A program made the position numbers and the translations under genes. Under the pieces are notes generated by a model, which searched no databases, was not told where the DNA came from, and saw only the letters and a list, made by a program, of their open reading frames with translations. Shown piece after piece: positions 23,519 through 34,326 of a stretch of 39,743 nt of DNA. Every line of letters starts with the position of its first letter. The first letter of the stretch is position 1. The stretch is from Asterionella formosa (Eukaryota), in NCBI GenBank assembly GCA_002256025.1, contig NKIB01009122.1, positions 62,001 to 101,743 of the forward strand, given 5' to 3'.

Positions 23519-24298
23519 CTATATTCCCAAATCACTGCTCATTGTTTCAGTAGGCCCTTCAATGTCACCAAAGCGCTGTCTTATTGAGTTCCGTAGATAT
23601 CTCCAGCAATCGCCTCGGTTCCAGTCGGCAAAGATGACCTCAGATGGAACTTCCACTGACATCCATGCATCCCCATCTGCATCGACACCCTCCAACATTT
23701 CATCTAATTCCGCTGGACTAAACTGGCAATAGTTAAAAAAGAATTTGAATTGATCACTCTTGTGTTTTCCTTTATCCACAAACTCCATGGCCTTTTCCAA
23801 CCCTCCTTCATACACTCCAGACGTTCCAATTTCATTTGAACCCAGCGAAGAAACCGTATGCAACATCATGGCACAATCTCCGCCCTTCATCCCTCCCTTC
23901 CAGAGCAAGTTTTCACTCAACACTCCAGCCACCGCTCCTGGCGCCATTTCCGCCATAGTAAAGGGAGTGGGGTGGTCCAAAATGACGCCTCGTATCACCG
24001 TTTCGTCGTATTCGTCTGACCCAATTGCGTAAACGTACACCGCCGACTGTCGCAAAAAGGTGTGGAATTCTTCCTTTGGTGCAATCAAAACAGCACCTTC
24101 ACGAACGATGGCGTTGGGTCCCTTACCTAGGAATCGAATATTGTCGGCAGAGAATTGTATCTTGCTGGACGACAAACATGTTGATCCTGGTTTCAAAAGC
24201 CGAGGAGCAAGCAAGAACGAGTAGGATGTCTGCAATGAGAACAATAAAAGTGTGGCGACAACGCCGCCATTCGTCCTTGTTTGCGTTTTGAGTGCCAT
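23519..24298 (-). CDS. DUF179 / YqgE-AlgH family protein, probably plastid-targeted
   Basis: Motifs GAVLIA, RQSAVYV, GVILDHPT, LWKGG and FKFFFNYCQFSPAELDEML..W. The hydrophobic signal peptide ends in SYS-FLL. Confidence 0.8.
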   Translation of the reverse strand: MALKTQTRTNGGVVATLLLFSLQTSYSFLLAPRLLKPGSTCLSSSKIQFSADNIRFLGKGPNAIVREGAVLIAPKEEFHTFLRQSAVYVYAIGSDEYDETVIRGVILDHPTPFTMAEMAPGAVAGVLSENLLWKGGMKGGDCAMMLHTVSSLGSNEIGTSGVYEGGLEKAMEFVDKGKHKSDQFKFFFNYCQFSPAELDEMLEGVDADGDAWMSVEVPSEVIFADWNRGDCWRYLRNSIRQRFGDIEGPTETMSSDLGI

Positions 24299-25973
24299 TA
24301 TGGTCTAGCGTATCGTCGTGCCGGTTCGAAGCTATGAGCGATGTTAACCTGCTTACTAAACTAATACCTCAACACTCTGCCTGCTGTCAGATTTGAGAAA
24401 GCGTTTTCTGTCCTTGCGTTGTCGCTTTCGTCATGCTTTGCTTATTCCTCGTTCGGATGGCTGTGACGAGTGTACATCATAGCGGTGGTACCAGTACCCC
24501 GTTGCTTAATTAACTGCCGGTACATATATAATTTGTAAACAAGCAGACAGTAATAAATAAAAAGCTAAATACTCGGAGCTCGGAGTAACATGGAGTAGCC
24601 GTATACCGCGAAGTAACTTCGACACAATTACCGTCTCGTCCGTTTCGTCTTTCTCCATTTGTAATCTGTGTACCGGTAGTAGCTTTGTGGTACTTCGCTG
24701 GAATATATAAAATCAACCCATAGAAAAGCGAGCCAGAAATACTAAGTAGAAGTACCGGTAGCAAAAATGGTTTTTGAATTCGGTGCTAGGTAAACTTGTG
24801 CCTTTCCCATATCCGGAATCAAATTTCGGATCCAGTCTGCGGCAGTCGAGTTGCGCTTTGCTGTGGGAGGGACGTAGGGTGGGTGATATTAGACTATAAA
24901 TTGCGAAAGGCTTGGGGATGCTTTAGACTGATTCTCTGAATCGTTATTCAAAGAATTGTTTTCATCACCCTTGCACTACATCTAAGCCGCGAAATACGCC
25001 ACTTTTCGAAATTTCGTCTACGTACGAGTGATAATTATGTGGTACTTCACATGCATTAATGCCACTTTTCACGTAAAAAAGATTACTTTTAACGGTTTCA
25101 TGTGAAGTTTTCACAAAAAACTTTGAACTCAAGACTAAATTAGTCGATGTTTCAAATAATTCATTTCAAAGTTCAACTAAGTCCTGCTCTTCAGGCTAAT
25201 TCATTTATTACATGCATCTTCCTTTGTGAAAGAATAGTAAGGATATTTGTGGTGTCTTAATTCATGCTACAGTGGTGTCTTAATTCAGCTACAGTTTATG
25301 GTTGTGCACTTCACGTAAATAATATTTACTATTAAACTGAACAAGATTACTTGTCGTGGTTTCATGTGATGGCTCACAATTGTAAGGTTATTTCCAAAGC
25401 AGGAATAGTTGATGTTACAACTAAATATTTTAAAAGTTCAAGATAGATTTTTTAGAGGATAAATCATTGCGAAAGACAACTTCACTACTACGTAATTGTT
25501 TGATTGCCACCTGCCCTTATTTGATTGAGAAAAACAGAGCGAAATGGATCTCGAGAAATATCGCGACATGATTCGTGATGAAAGCAACAACCAACCCTAA
25601 TGAGCACAAAACAGGTACGGAAGAATGAATCATTTAATATTGAATTTGAAATGCTAAACTAAATATCTAGACGAATTAGTGTGTTTTATCGACCGCAAAT
25701 CTTCGGAGTGATATCGGGCATGAATTGATGGAGAAAATCGAATCCATGTGGTGGTCAGCAACTGCTGGGTGCATGAAGCATATCAACAATCATCCTTACC
25801 ATCATCGATATTGTCAGCATCCAATATGAATTCTCTTATTCTTTTACATAAACTATATTTCGTATGAATTCTAAAGATACAAAATATATGAATAACACAC
25901 CTGTATTGTGAGCATGTCTGGAATGGCATCGTGATGCTGAGTGTGTTGACCTCAGCTAATGAATAGGTATGAT

Positions 25974-26148
25974 GGTACCAGGTACCGGTTTAGAAGGCCT
26001 ACACAGGGCAATGATACCTACTACCAGTACCAGGTACTAGGTACCAGGTACCTGGTACCTTGAGTCTTTTGACCCTGCACTCAAACATACTAACAAATAG
26101 CTATACTGTATGGTGCCACCAGGTACTCCTGGCTGGTAGGAACCAGGT
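25974..26148. repeat. TACCWGG array not adjacent to an intact gene
   Basis: TACCAGTACCAGGTACTAGGTACCAGGTACCTGGTACC at 26022-26059, plus GGTACCAGGTACCGG near 25974. Confidence 0.8.
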
Positions 26149-28518
26149 TGTCGTTACAAGTGTGAGACTGTTGGTTTGCCCTACCAGTATTTCCGTCTTC
26201 CCCTTCTTGTTACAATAGGAATTATGCCGTTCGTACTGTGAAACTGTACTCATTTCTACGTGCGTACTGTGGAACTGTAGGTTGCTTTGCCATACCAGCA
26301 TTCCCGTATTCCCCTTGTTACAATAGAATATGGCGTTCGTCTGTGAATATATTAAGATTAACCATTGGCTGTGTCCTCTCCTTCTTGCCATATTTGTTTT
26401 AGGTCACACTTGTAGCATCAGAATTTTTCCCGACGAAGTAAGACTGCGCCGATTGTAGGTTCTGTTGGTACAAAGATGAAGTCATGGCGGCTGCGCCAGG
26501 ATTTTTGACCCCCTCTGAATTCACAAAGACAACATTTTACCACCACTGTGCACAATACATTTTCAACATGGGGACGAACCTTAAAACCAGCATCCCCCTT
26601 CTAGCTTTTCAGCACCTCACCACCATTAACAAATCCTTCAACAGCCAAGAACTCACATATTGTTTGTTACAACAACAGAAGGTGGAATGATGCAACATTG
26701 AGATCGTAAGCAATCGATGCTTTTTAGGTAAGATTTATTTGCTTACTATTTTTGCTATCATATCACAAGAAAGCGCAGGATAACTCATACTGATATGCTG
26801 TTGTTTTCAAAATTCATTTGACATTTGAACATGCCATTTCAGAAAAGGAGCGTTCTTTGGAAAGCACGAGTGATAGAGGGTGAAATGATACAAAATGGAG
26901 ACCCGCAATAGAGGCCTTTAGGTAAGCTCAATCTTCAGTTTTTGTCATTGTATCAGCAAAGCGAGCGATAAATCACATGGTTCTGTTATTGTTCTTGTCT
27001 TCATTTATTTTACATGTTATCCGTCCATTTCACAACAGGAGCATTCTTTTGAACGCATCAGTGAGTTGTGGTGCTGCTAGAACTTAATAGTCGCGTTGTC
27101 GCTATAATAATATCTCAGCTGCGACTCCTTCGATTCGCGTCGCGTGGTTTGTATCATCCGGTGCTCGCCTGATATACTAACTCCATCGCGTCCGTCCTTG
27201 TCCGTAATATCAAGTACTATGTAGTCAATGAGGTTACCGACTTAGTTAGTATGATGATGCTCGTGCCTGTTAGCTAATATTCTGGTGACGCATCGTATCT
27301 GGTAGCAGGGTTGGGCGGGGTACCAGCAAGTTGCCGTCATTTTCCATGACTGGCCAGCACATGGCAACTGTCAGATGTATATGACTAGTCTACCTATTAC
27401 GTGAACATGTAAAATACTACAAAGGCTTAAAATTTTAATGCTTTCGAGATTGGCACACAATCACTTTTGCTATTAATATGATTCTTTGGCAGGTATGTAT
27501 AGCAAAATGTTTTTGATTTGGCAGATAAAGTAAACTTGCTTTCCTTGAATAAAGCAATGACAAAGTTTACTTGGTGTTTATCTGTCAAATTAAAACATTT
27601 TGCTATATCTGCCAAAATGGGCGTGCATCGCAATACCAAATTAATTTGTGAAAAATAATTTTATCACAAATATTCCTTCGTGATTTGATGTAAAAAATTG
27701 CCGCTGCGCTCTGATAATCGAATTATTTTAAATTACTTATCTGACATTAAAAAAGAATTTAACTATAATTTACAACAATTAAATTTTCACAGCAATGCAT
27801 CATCCCATTTTTTATGCCTCCTCTTATTCATTTTAATCATAGTAAAAATATCATTGATTTTGAGTTGCATAATTTCGCCTTCATCGGTCACTGACCATAG
27901 TGGCTTTAATCAGATCAAATATGAATACAGCTTGTGCCGCTGGTAGATTGATTATAAAATGAAATCTAAATCTGTGTCTTGTGTGATAAGAGAGTTGTCA
28001 TGAACAAAAGGCAAGGCATAAATGAAACAACAATCAACATCATACCAAGAAAAGCGCCAGCAAAACAACCTTGACTACGACCTCCAATTCTTCTATGAAT
28101 CTTGAATTTTCTTTCGTGAGAAGCTGTAATTATAAAAGGAGAAATAGGTGTCAAAAGTAGAAGATCAGAAAAAGTTACAATCACATCAAATTTATCATGT
28201 AGAGGCAACCTTCATCATTGCGGTTTTCCTTGATTTCGCTATGATTTTACAATTATGTGGCGCAAGAATGATGATGATGATACTAGAGTACCAGTCTATA
28301 ATGAATTAATTAAATATGGGCGCGGTCAATTGTGCTCAATTCCTAATAACATGTACCAGACTCGTGTAAAACGAACAAGCAAAAACTGCTGGCGCGGTCT
28401 GCAGTGCTGTATGAGCGTACCATGAGGTCCTCCAATTTTACCACCCTTCAAATACCAGGAATAAATAGTTACATAAGGAAAAAAAGTAAGGCTGGATTCA
28501 TGCTTTGGGTACCAGGTA

Positions 28519-29319
28519 CTCCCTCTGTCCAATGACAATTGCATCGATAATACAAATTTAGCCGGGGCCATTTTGACTAATACGATTTTCTCCGACTCAA
28601 TTGCCCTATTGTGCGGCTTGCTCTAAGTAACAGAATCATATATACATTATAAATAGAAAGATTAAAATTGAGAACTACGTTTCAAAAAACGTTTTTGGCT
28701 TTTTCGATTTTCACTTACAGCTATCTCGAGCAAAATGCAGATGCATGAGGACCCATTTTTCTTCGAACCATCTATTCTCAACATACGTACAAAGTTCGAT
28801 ATAACAGTAGAACAACGGCAACTTGCGTTCAATTATGGAATGCACAACCCGGAAAGTGGCGATGATGGGAAGGAAGAAAACGACGACGGTATGCTCGTTT
28901 TGATGATTGTAACCGTTAAACATCTGGCAGTATGGTCCATGTAGGTGCAATAACCGTAGAAAGTATACCGAACGACAATTATTCTATTCACATTATAATT
29001 ATGTTAGTGGCTTGTTGTATTCGGTTTCCCGCAAATTTTTGGCCGGCCGATGTGAAACAGCATTTGGCGATATGTGCATGTATGCAATGGATATGCGTAT
29101 GTTAAATTGGTTTCGATTAATTTATTTATATGCCAATAATTTAATTACAGAAACCGATTATATGTTCACGGCTATGTAACTCATAAAAAACGCATTTTTC
29201 CGAGTAAGCCGACCCTCACGTAGAAAGTTGGTATGTTGGCTACGTAATCCTTCATATGTGAACAGTGAAGACACTAGTGGTGCCGGAGAATCGATGCAAC
29301 TGTAATTGGACAGAGGGAG
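28519..29319. mobile_element. Intact Stowaway/Tc1-mariner-type MITE, 801 bp, with 30-bp TIRs and a TA target-site duplication
   Basis: Left TIR CTCCCTCTGTCCAATGACAATTGCATCGAT; right TIR (reverse complement) CTCCCTCTGTCCAATTACAGTTGCATCGAT (28/30). TA lies at 28517-28518 and 29320-29321. Confidence 0.92.
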
Positions 29320-29617
29320 TACCAGGTAACGTAGGTAGCCTTCGCAAGCGCTACAAGGTAAATTATTATTTGGCTGAGATACTGCGATTCTTTTGTCTAT
29401 ACAAATTGCCAAAATGTAGTTGTTGTGATCATCTGGAGCATCCTGCGCGCATCATGTCGTCTCAGTCTTGACCATGACGAAAATAGCTGAAATTTCTACG
29501 AACATTGAGAACGACGCTTTCCTATTTGGTACATATATCAAGCACAACAAATACAATACAACCGTAAAAGAATTATTGCAATAACATTGATATTGACAAC
29601 GAAATCTCCGATGGCAC

Positions 29618-29777
29618 TTTTTTTCTACATAATCTATAGCTGCTCAATTCAAAACGACGCTGTTGCGAACAGATTTGACAATTTCGCAGTAGCTGGCTGA
29701 GCAATGATTTTTTCTACATAATCAATAGCTGCTCAATTCAAAACAGATTTGACATTTTCGCACTAGCTGAGCAATGA
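29618..29777 (+). repeat. Tandem duplication (about 90 bp and 70 bp copies)
   Basis: TTTTTCTACATAATC(T/A)ATAGCTGCTCAATTCAAAAC...AGATTTGACA(A/T)TTTCGCA...GCTGAGCAATGA occurs twice; the second copy has internal deletions. Confidence 0.85.
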
Positions 29778-30693
29778 ATAAGACAACAACTATAACAATA
29801 ACATGATAAGTTGAAGCAAATGATGTAAAATAGTAGTTATTTATCAAAGGAGAATTGATTGATTGTACCACCGGCAATTTGTCTATTCGTCGATGCAGGT
29901 ATCGGGGCCCACAAATGCATGTGCTGTTCTTTGGCAGTCGATATCAAGGAAAAATGTGATAGGGAAAAAATAATAATTGAATCGAAATTTGGGACTCTTT
30001 ATTTAATTATGTGGTGAGACCAGCATAATATTGCTGTGAGGTGACATAATTTCGCCATAATACCGTTATGAGGGCTAGTTGGTAAAAAAATATTGTTGCG
30101 AACTCACATAATTATTTGATAAGTAGAATAAATTTTATTTTAGAACACATATAAATTTTGGTTTGACCCAAATAAATTCCAAAAAAGTAGCATAAATACG
30201 TCACTTTAGACATAAATTCGAAAAGTTGCCGTAAAAATGTATAGCCCTTTTCATCAGGAGAAAAAGTATCATCCAACAATTTATCTTAAGTTTAATGGAA
30301 AGTAACAATAAGCTTTTCAAATTTAGCCTCAAAGAGAGACTGAAATCAGCCTAATGAGCCGGAAAGACCTGATATAGTTTGGTAACAACCTTGGTAGGTT
30401 CTGATTGCTATCGTCCATTAAACTGCAATGTTCCCATATAATCACAGGAAATCGAAATACCAACCCAATTATTTGTGTCTAAATTCTAGGCTAGTAGAGG
30501 TGACTATAGAAGTGATTTTTGTGTTGTTGCTCCATCACAACCCAAGCTGAGTCTGCAGCCACCTGTTAATTTTCGAATTGACAGGGGTTTTGTCCATCTG
30601 CCTTACCTACACGTGCTGGAAAAGCGAGAATATTACAGTTTGTAAAGCTAACTAGTGAAAACGTTATCCAAGTTGTTTGCAATTGACAACATT

Positions 30694-31614
30694 TTATTGC
30701 GAAAAGAACAAATGAACATTGTAAAAGGACAGTGCAATCACAGCCGTGACCAAAGCATATCTTTTCATGCCTACCTGTTGTGCCTCAAATTGTTTGTCAG
30801 CAAGGTCCACACTGCATTCGTCGTCGGTGCTGGCACATGTTTCGTCCTCCTCTCTTTGCGGCTTCCGTCGAAAGGCCTCCCACCAGCCAGTGGGCTCCAC
30901 CGTCCGCTTCAGAACTGGTTTTTGTTTGGCATATTCCATTTCACTAAACTTCTTGACCCATCCCGTGGCCTCTGTCAACGCTTGTTTGGACATGAAGTTC
31001 ACCACAAAGCTGGGTACCCAATCAAACATGCTCACTTCCACACTGTAGTACACTCTAGACCATTCTGGGTTGTCAGGATGGGAAACAACATACCAGTATC
31101 CACACGAATCGTCAAAATCACTCTTCTTGGAGTAGTCCAACGTCCACGTTAGCGAGTTTTGCTGCGGCTCATATAAATGCTTGACGAAGAACTGAAGTTT
31201 TACCATGGGGAAGCCCACCTTCATTCTGGTGAAAATGGTTTGAGCTCCGTGCCTGTGATGCTCCACTTTGTAATTCTGTGATTCCATTGTCTTGGGGACC
31301 ATCTTGTTGTAGTTGTTGTAGTCCAAGATGCGTTCCCAGACAATATTTGTGGGAGCCTTCACATCCTGGACCACCAAGCCCCTCCCGCCAGTTTCCGATT
31401 CGATCTGAGTGGAATAGGGATGTCCGTGTTCAAGCACGTGAAGCGCATGCTTGTCCAACTTGACCTTTGGATCGCCTGCTTGGAAGGGCGGCACAACACC
31501 TTGATGAGGATGAGGTCCAGCAGCACCAGAACACACACCAGGCGGCGAGAGCAACAAGAGCATGGTGCTGACGAGTATTGCGGGAATTGTCAAGAGGCTG
31601 CGACAAAGGAACAT
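30694..31614 (-). CDS. START/SRPBCC (polyketide cyclase/Coq10-like) domain protein with a signal peptide and a C-terminal hydrophobic anchor
   Basis: Motifs VKAPTNIVWERILDYNNYNKMVP, LTWTLDY, FDDSCGYWYV, SRVYYSVEV and WVPSFVVNFM. Both termini are hydrophobic. The first ATG is at 31614. Confidence 0.82.
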   Translation of the reverse strand: MFLCRSLLTIPAILVSTMLLLLSPPGVCSGAAGPHPHQGVVPPFQAGDPKVKLDKHALHVLEHGHPYSTQIESETGGRGLVVQDVKAPTNIVWERILDYNNYNKMVPKTMESQNYKVEHHRHGAQTIFTRMKVGFPMVKLQFFVKHLYEPQQNSLTWTLDYSKKSDFDDSCGYWYVVSHPDNPEWSRVYYSVEVSMFDWVPSFVVNFMSKQALTEATGWVKKFSEMEYAKQKPVLKRTVEPTGWWEAFRRKPQREEDETCASTDDECSVDLADKQFEAQQVGMKRYALVTAVIALSFYNVHLFFSQ

Positions 31615-32247
31615 CTGTGACTCGGAGTTGACGTAGCGGGAATCATGCAACGCCAAGTTTTGAGGAGATGATTAAATAGTCGTTGAAGTGCAGCTACATA
31701 CCCGGTTGTCTAGAATAGTATTATCGGAGCACCAACATATAAATCATAGAAGTAAAGCAGCAGCAAGATTCACGTGAAGGAACTGTCACAACTCGCACAG
31801 CCACCCGTGTGACGGTGTCATCAGTGATTCATTTTATGTACAGGTGCTGTATCTGTGAAGAACCCTAACAATTGTACCTACCTTGCGCGTTAATAGAAGA
31901 CAATCATTTATCTCCAGTTGGAGCTCAGTCATGTACCCGGTATGTACCCGTAGTGGAACGTGGGGGGGGTACCAGGTACCTGGCTATAAGCAAGTGGAAA
32001 AAAAGAAGAGCAACCGGTTTACCGGTATTTGAAACGCTAGTATTCCTATTACCCCAGTACCTGATATCTACCTACATATTCAAAAATGTAATGATAGTCT
32101 ACCGGTAGCTACCTGGTACCTGGTACCATACGCAGGTATCGTCCGAGACATGACATCTCCATTCACAACAATTGCAAGAATGCAAGAATGCATCCTTGCT
32201 GATCGTACCGATATTACTCTGCCTGATTATTCAAACTCCTCCGTATA

Positions 32248-33456
32248 ATGGTCTACCGATCTCACCATCATACCATTGTCTTGTTAATCATGATGGGACG
32301 AACAGCCTTTCGATGCGCGTGCTCCGCCTTTGCATCACACATTCCACTGCCGTCCTTCCACCAGCGCATTGCCGTCCAACCGGGTTGGATCGTTTCCAGA
32401 GGAGGCTCATCATCACTGACATCAAGTCTTTCGACTCATCAAGCTAATGAAGTCGCAGCGCTCGAAGCCATTGATATTCTCGGGTCCAGCCTGGTCCAGC
32501 GAGAATTTGGTGGCATCCCTTACTGGGACACTTTTTCCCTGGAGGAATTCCGTGTCTGTTTCATCTTGGGTGGACCAGGGGCTGGTAAGGGGACTCAATC
32601 CGAATTCATGAAGAAGCATTATCCATGCGTTCATCTTTCTGCTGGGGAACTGTTGAGAAATGTGCCTCAAGACTCACCTCACAAGGCGCTAGTCGACGAC
32701 TGCTTGGTAGCTGGCAAAATTGTCCCCGTGGAAATTTCGTTGAGCCTACTGCGGGCTGCAATGGAACTGGAGGCGGCCACTAACGGAAAATCTCTGTTCT
32801 TTTTGGTTGATGGATTTCCTCGCAACTTTGATAATTTGGAAGGCTGGTCCAGGTGCATGAAAGGTGTTGCTAGTGTTTGGGGAGTGCTCATGTATACATG
32901 TCCCCTGCAGGAGTTAGAGAAGAGAATTATGTCCAGAGCGGAAACATCGGGACGGTCGGATGACAACTTGAAGAGTTCGCAAAAACGGTTTGAAACATTT
33001 GAGAGAGAGACTGTACCAGTGGTAGACACACTTCGAATGGTACACTCCAAACAGAAAGCGGCGGGACTTCCAGCTCTGCAAGTTGTGGATATTAAAGGTG
33101 ACCAGTCTATGGAAGCAGTTTGGAAAGACACACAGCAAGTTATGAATTCTTTTGTGGCGAATGACGTATTGACAGCCAATGCTCGTTTGCTCAAAGCAGC
33201 CGCCGAGGGTAATGCTGAGCTATATGCTAAACTCTATTCCATTCCTGAAGGAAAGATACCTGCAGAGGTACTGAAGGCTCAAGAAAGCAACTATCTGGTT
33301 CAAGTATCAAATACGAAGATTGAATTCGTTACTGGTACCAAGGTGGTTGTGTCGTACGATCGTGCTGATGGCCTTCGAGAGACTCGAGTTTGGTCTTATC
33401 AGGGAGCTCAAGGATGGACCAACATTCACTTCTCACGGATACCACTACTACAATGA
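32248..33456 (+). CDS. UMP-CMP kinase (adenylate kinase family) with a putative plastid presequence and a C-terminal CaMKII-association-like (NTF2-fold) domain
   Basis: Motifs FILGGPGAGKGTQS, HLSAGELLR, GKIVPVEIS, FLVDGFPRNFDN and SGRSDDN. N-terminal CSA-FAS. C-terminal ETRVWSYQGAQGWTNIHFSR. Confidence 0.9.
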   Translation: MVYRSHHHTIVLLIMMGRTAFRCACSAFASHIPLPSFHQRIAVQPGWIVSRGGSSSLTSSLSTHQANEVAALEAIDILGSSLVQREFGGIPYWDTFSLEEFRVCFILGGPGAGKGTQSEFMKKHYPCVHLSAGELLRNVPQDSPHKALVDDCLVAGKIVPVEISLSLLRAAMELEAATNGKSLFFLVDGFPRNFDNLEGWSRCMKGVASVWGVLMYTCPLQELEKRIMSRAETSGRSDDNLKSSQKRFETFERETVPVVDTLRMVHSKQKAAGLPALQVVDIKGDQSMEAVWKDTQQVMNSFVANDVLTANARLLKAAAEGNAELYAKLYSIPEGKIPAEVLKAQESNYLVQVSNTKIEFVTGTKVVVSYDRADGLRETRVWSYQGAQGWTNIHFSRIPLLQ

Positions 33457-33634
33457 ATCCAAGTGTTGTGTACTTTGTGCTATTATAACAGCCATTTGAG
33501 ACGGGCAAGTTGACCTCAATCTTTTGTCTATTTCTTATAATCCTATGTTAGGATCACTGGATGTAGATTCTCTCATGTTGATATTACATTTGTTTGCATT
33601 GGGAACATTGCCAGTGATATTTGGGTTTCTGCGC

Positions 33635-34326
33635 TTATTCTTTGATTGGAGGAGGGGGCACTTTGGATGCGTCAATTGGACTTAACAAGGTGTTGACCCA
33701 GTTTCCAATCGAGAAACCACTTGGTCTGGTCCCAGCTTTGGTTGCCACTTCCACAGGATCGTCTGGGTAAACTTTAAGATTGAAACCAAATTCAAACTCC
33801 TGTTCAAATCCTTTCAACTTGGGATAAGTTCTCACAATAGCCACCTTGAGCGCTTCATCATTAGCAAAGATGGCATCAGGCACTTGCGCTCCTCTAGGAA
33901 CAGCAATAGCACCACAGGGAAACCAAGACCCGTCATCGGATCCAAACTGTCGTACGAAAATGTTATATTCTTGACCCCCTGTAGCAGAAATTTCATCATA
34001 CTTTTTTGATTGCTTCTCTCGTTCCATTTGAGCGGGTGTCTTTTCACGAGGCTTCTCTTCCTCCTTGGCAGCTCCAAACCCCTTGGACATGGACATTCTG
34101 AATTTTTGGGAAGAAAAAATACAAGTATGCTTGGCAGGTGAGACCAAGGTCCCAAACGAGAAACACAACAAACATACCTTCCAGACTCCCACGTAGGCAA
34201 GTAGTAGCGTACTAACCTTACGATTGAATTGGATTGAACAACTGAACGTTGGCCGACGGAAAAGGCTGATGTCATGCCAACGCAAGCGCTACCAGCTAGA
34301 ACAGCGGCAATGGAATAAATTTGCAT
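33635..34326 (-). CDS. HHL1-like plastid protein; exons 34326-34217 and 34097-33635
   Basis: Intron 34216-34098 (GTTAGT...TTCAG, 119 nt) joins the signal peptide + TSA-F presequence to SKGFG..EYNIFVR..WFPCGAIAVPR..AIVRTYPKLK..EFGFNLK. This matches cyanobacterial/plant HHL1-like proteins as recalled. Confidence 0.78.

Noticed and set aside
23210..23732. Poly-Pro and poly-Gly ORFs across the C/G run
   Set aside because: They span an N gap and a homopolymer tract typical of sequencing or assembly artefacts.
28711..28950. Small ORF similar to ORF 36883-37068 (LPIIAT...KLPLFYCYI), suggesting a peptide family
   Set aside because: The similarity is explained by both lying in copies of the same non-coding MITE, and the frames are not conserved beyond the shared DNA.
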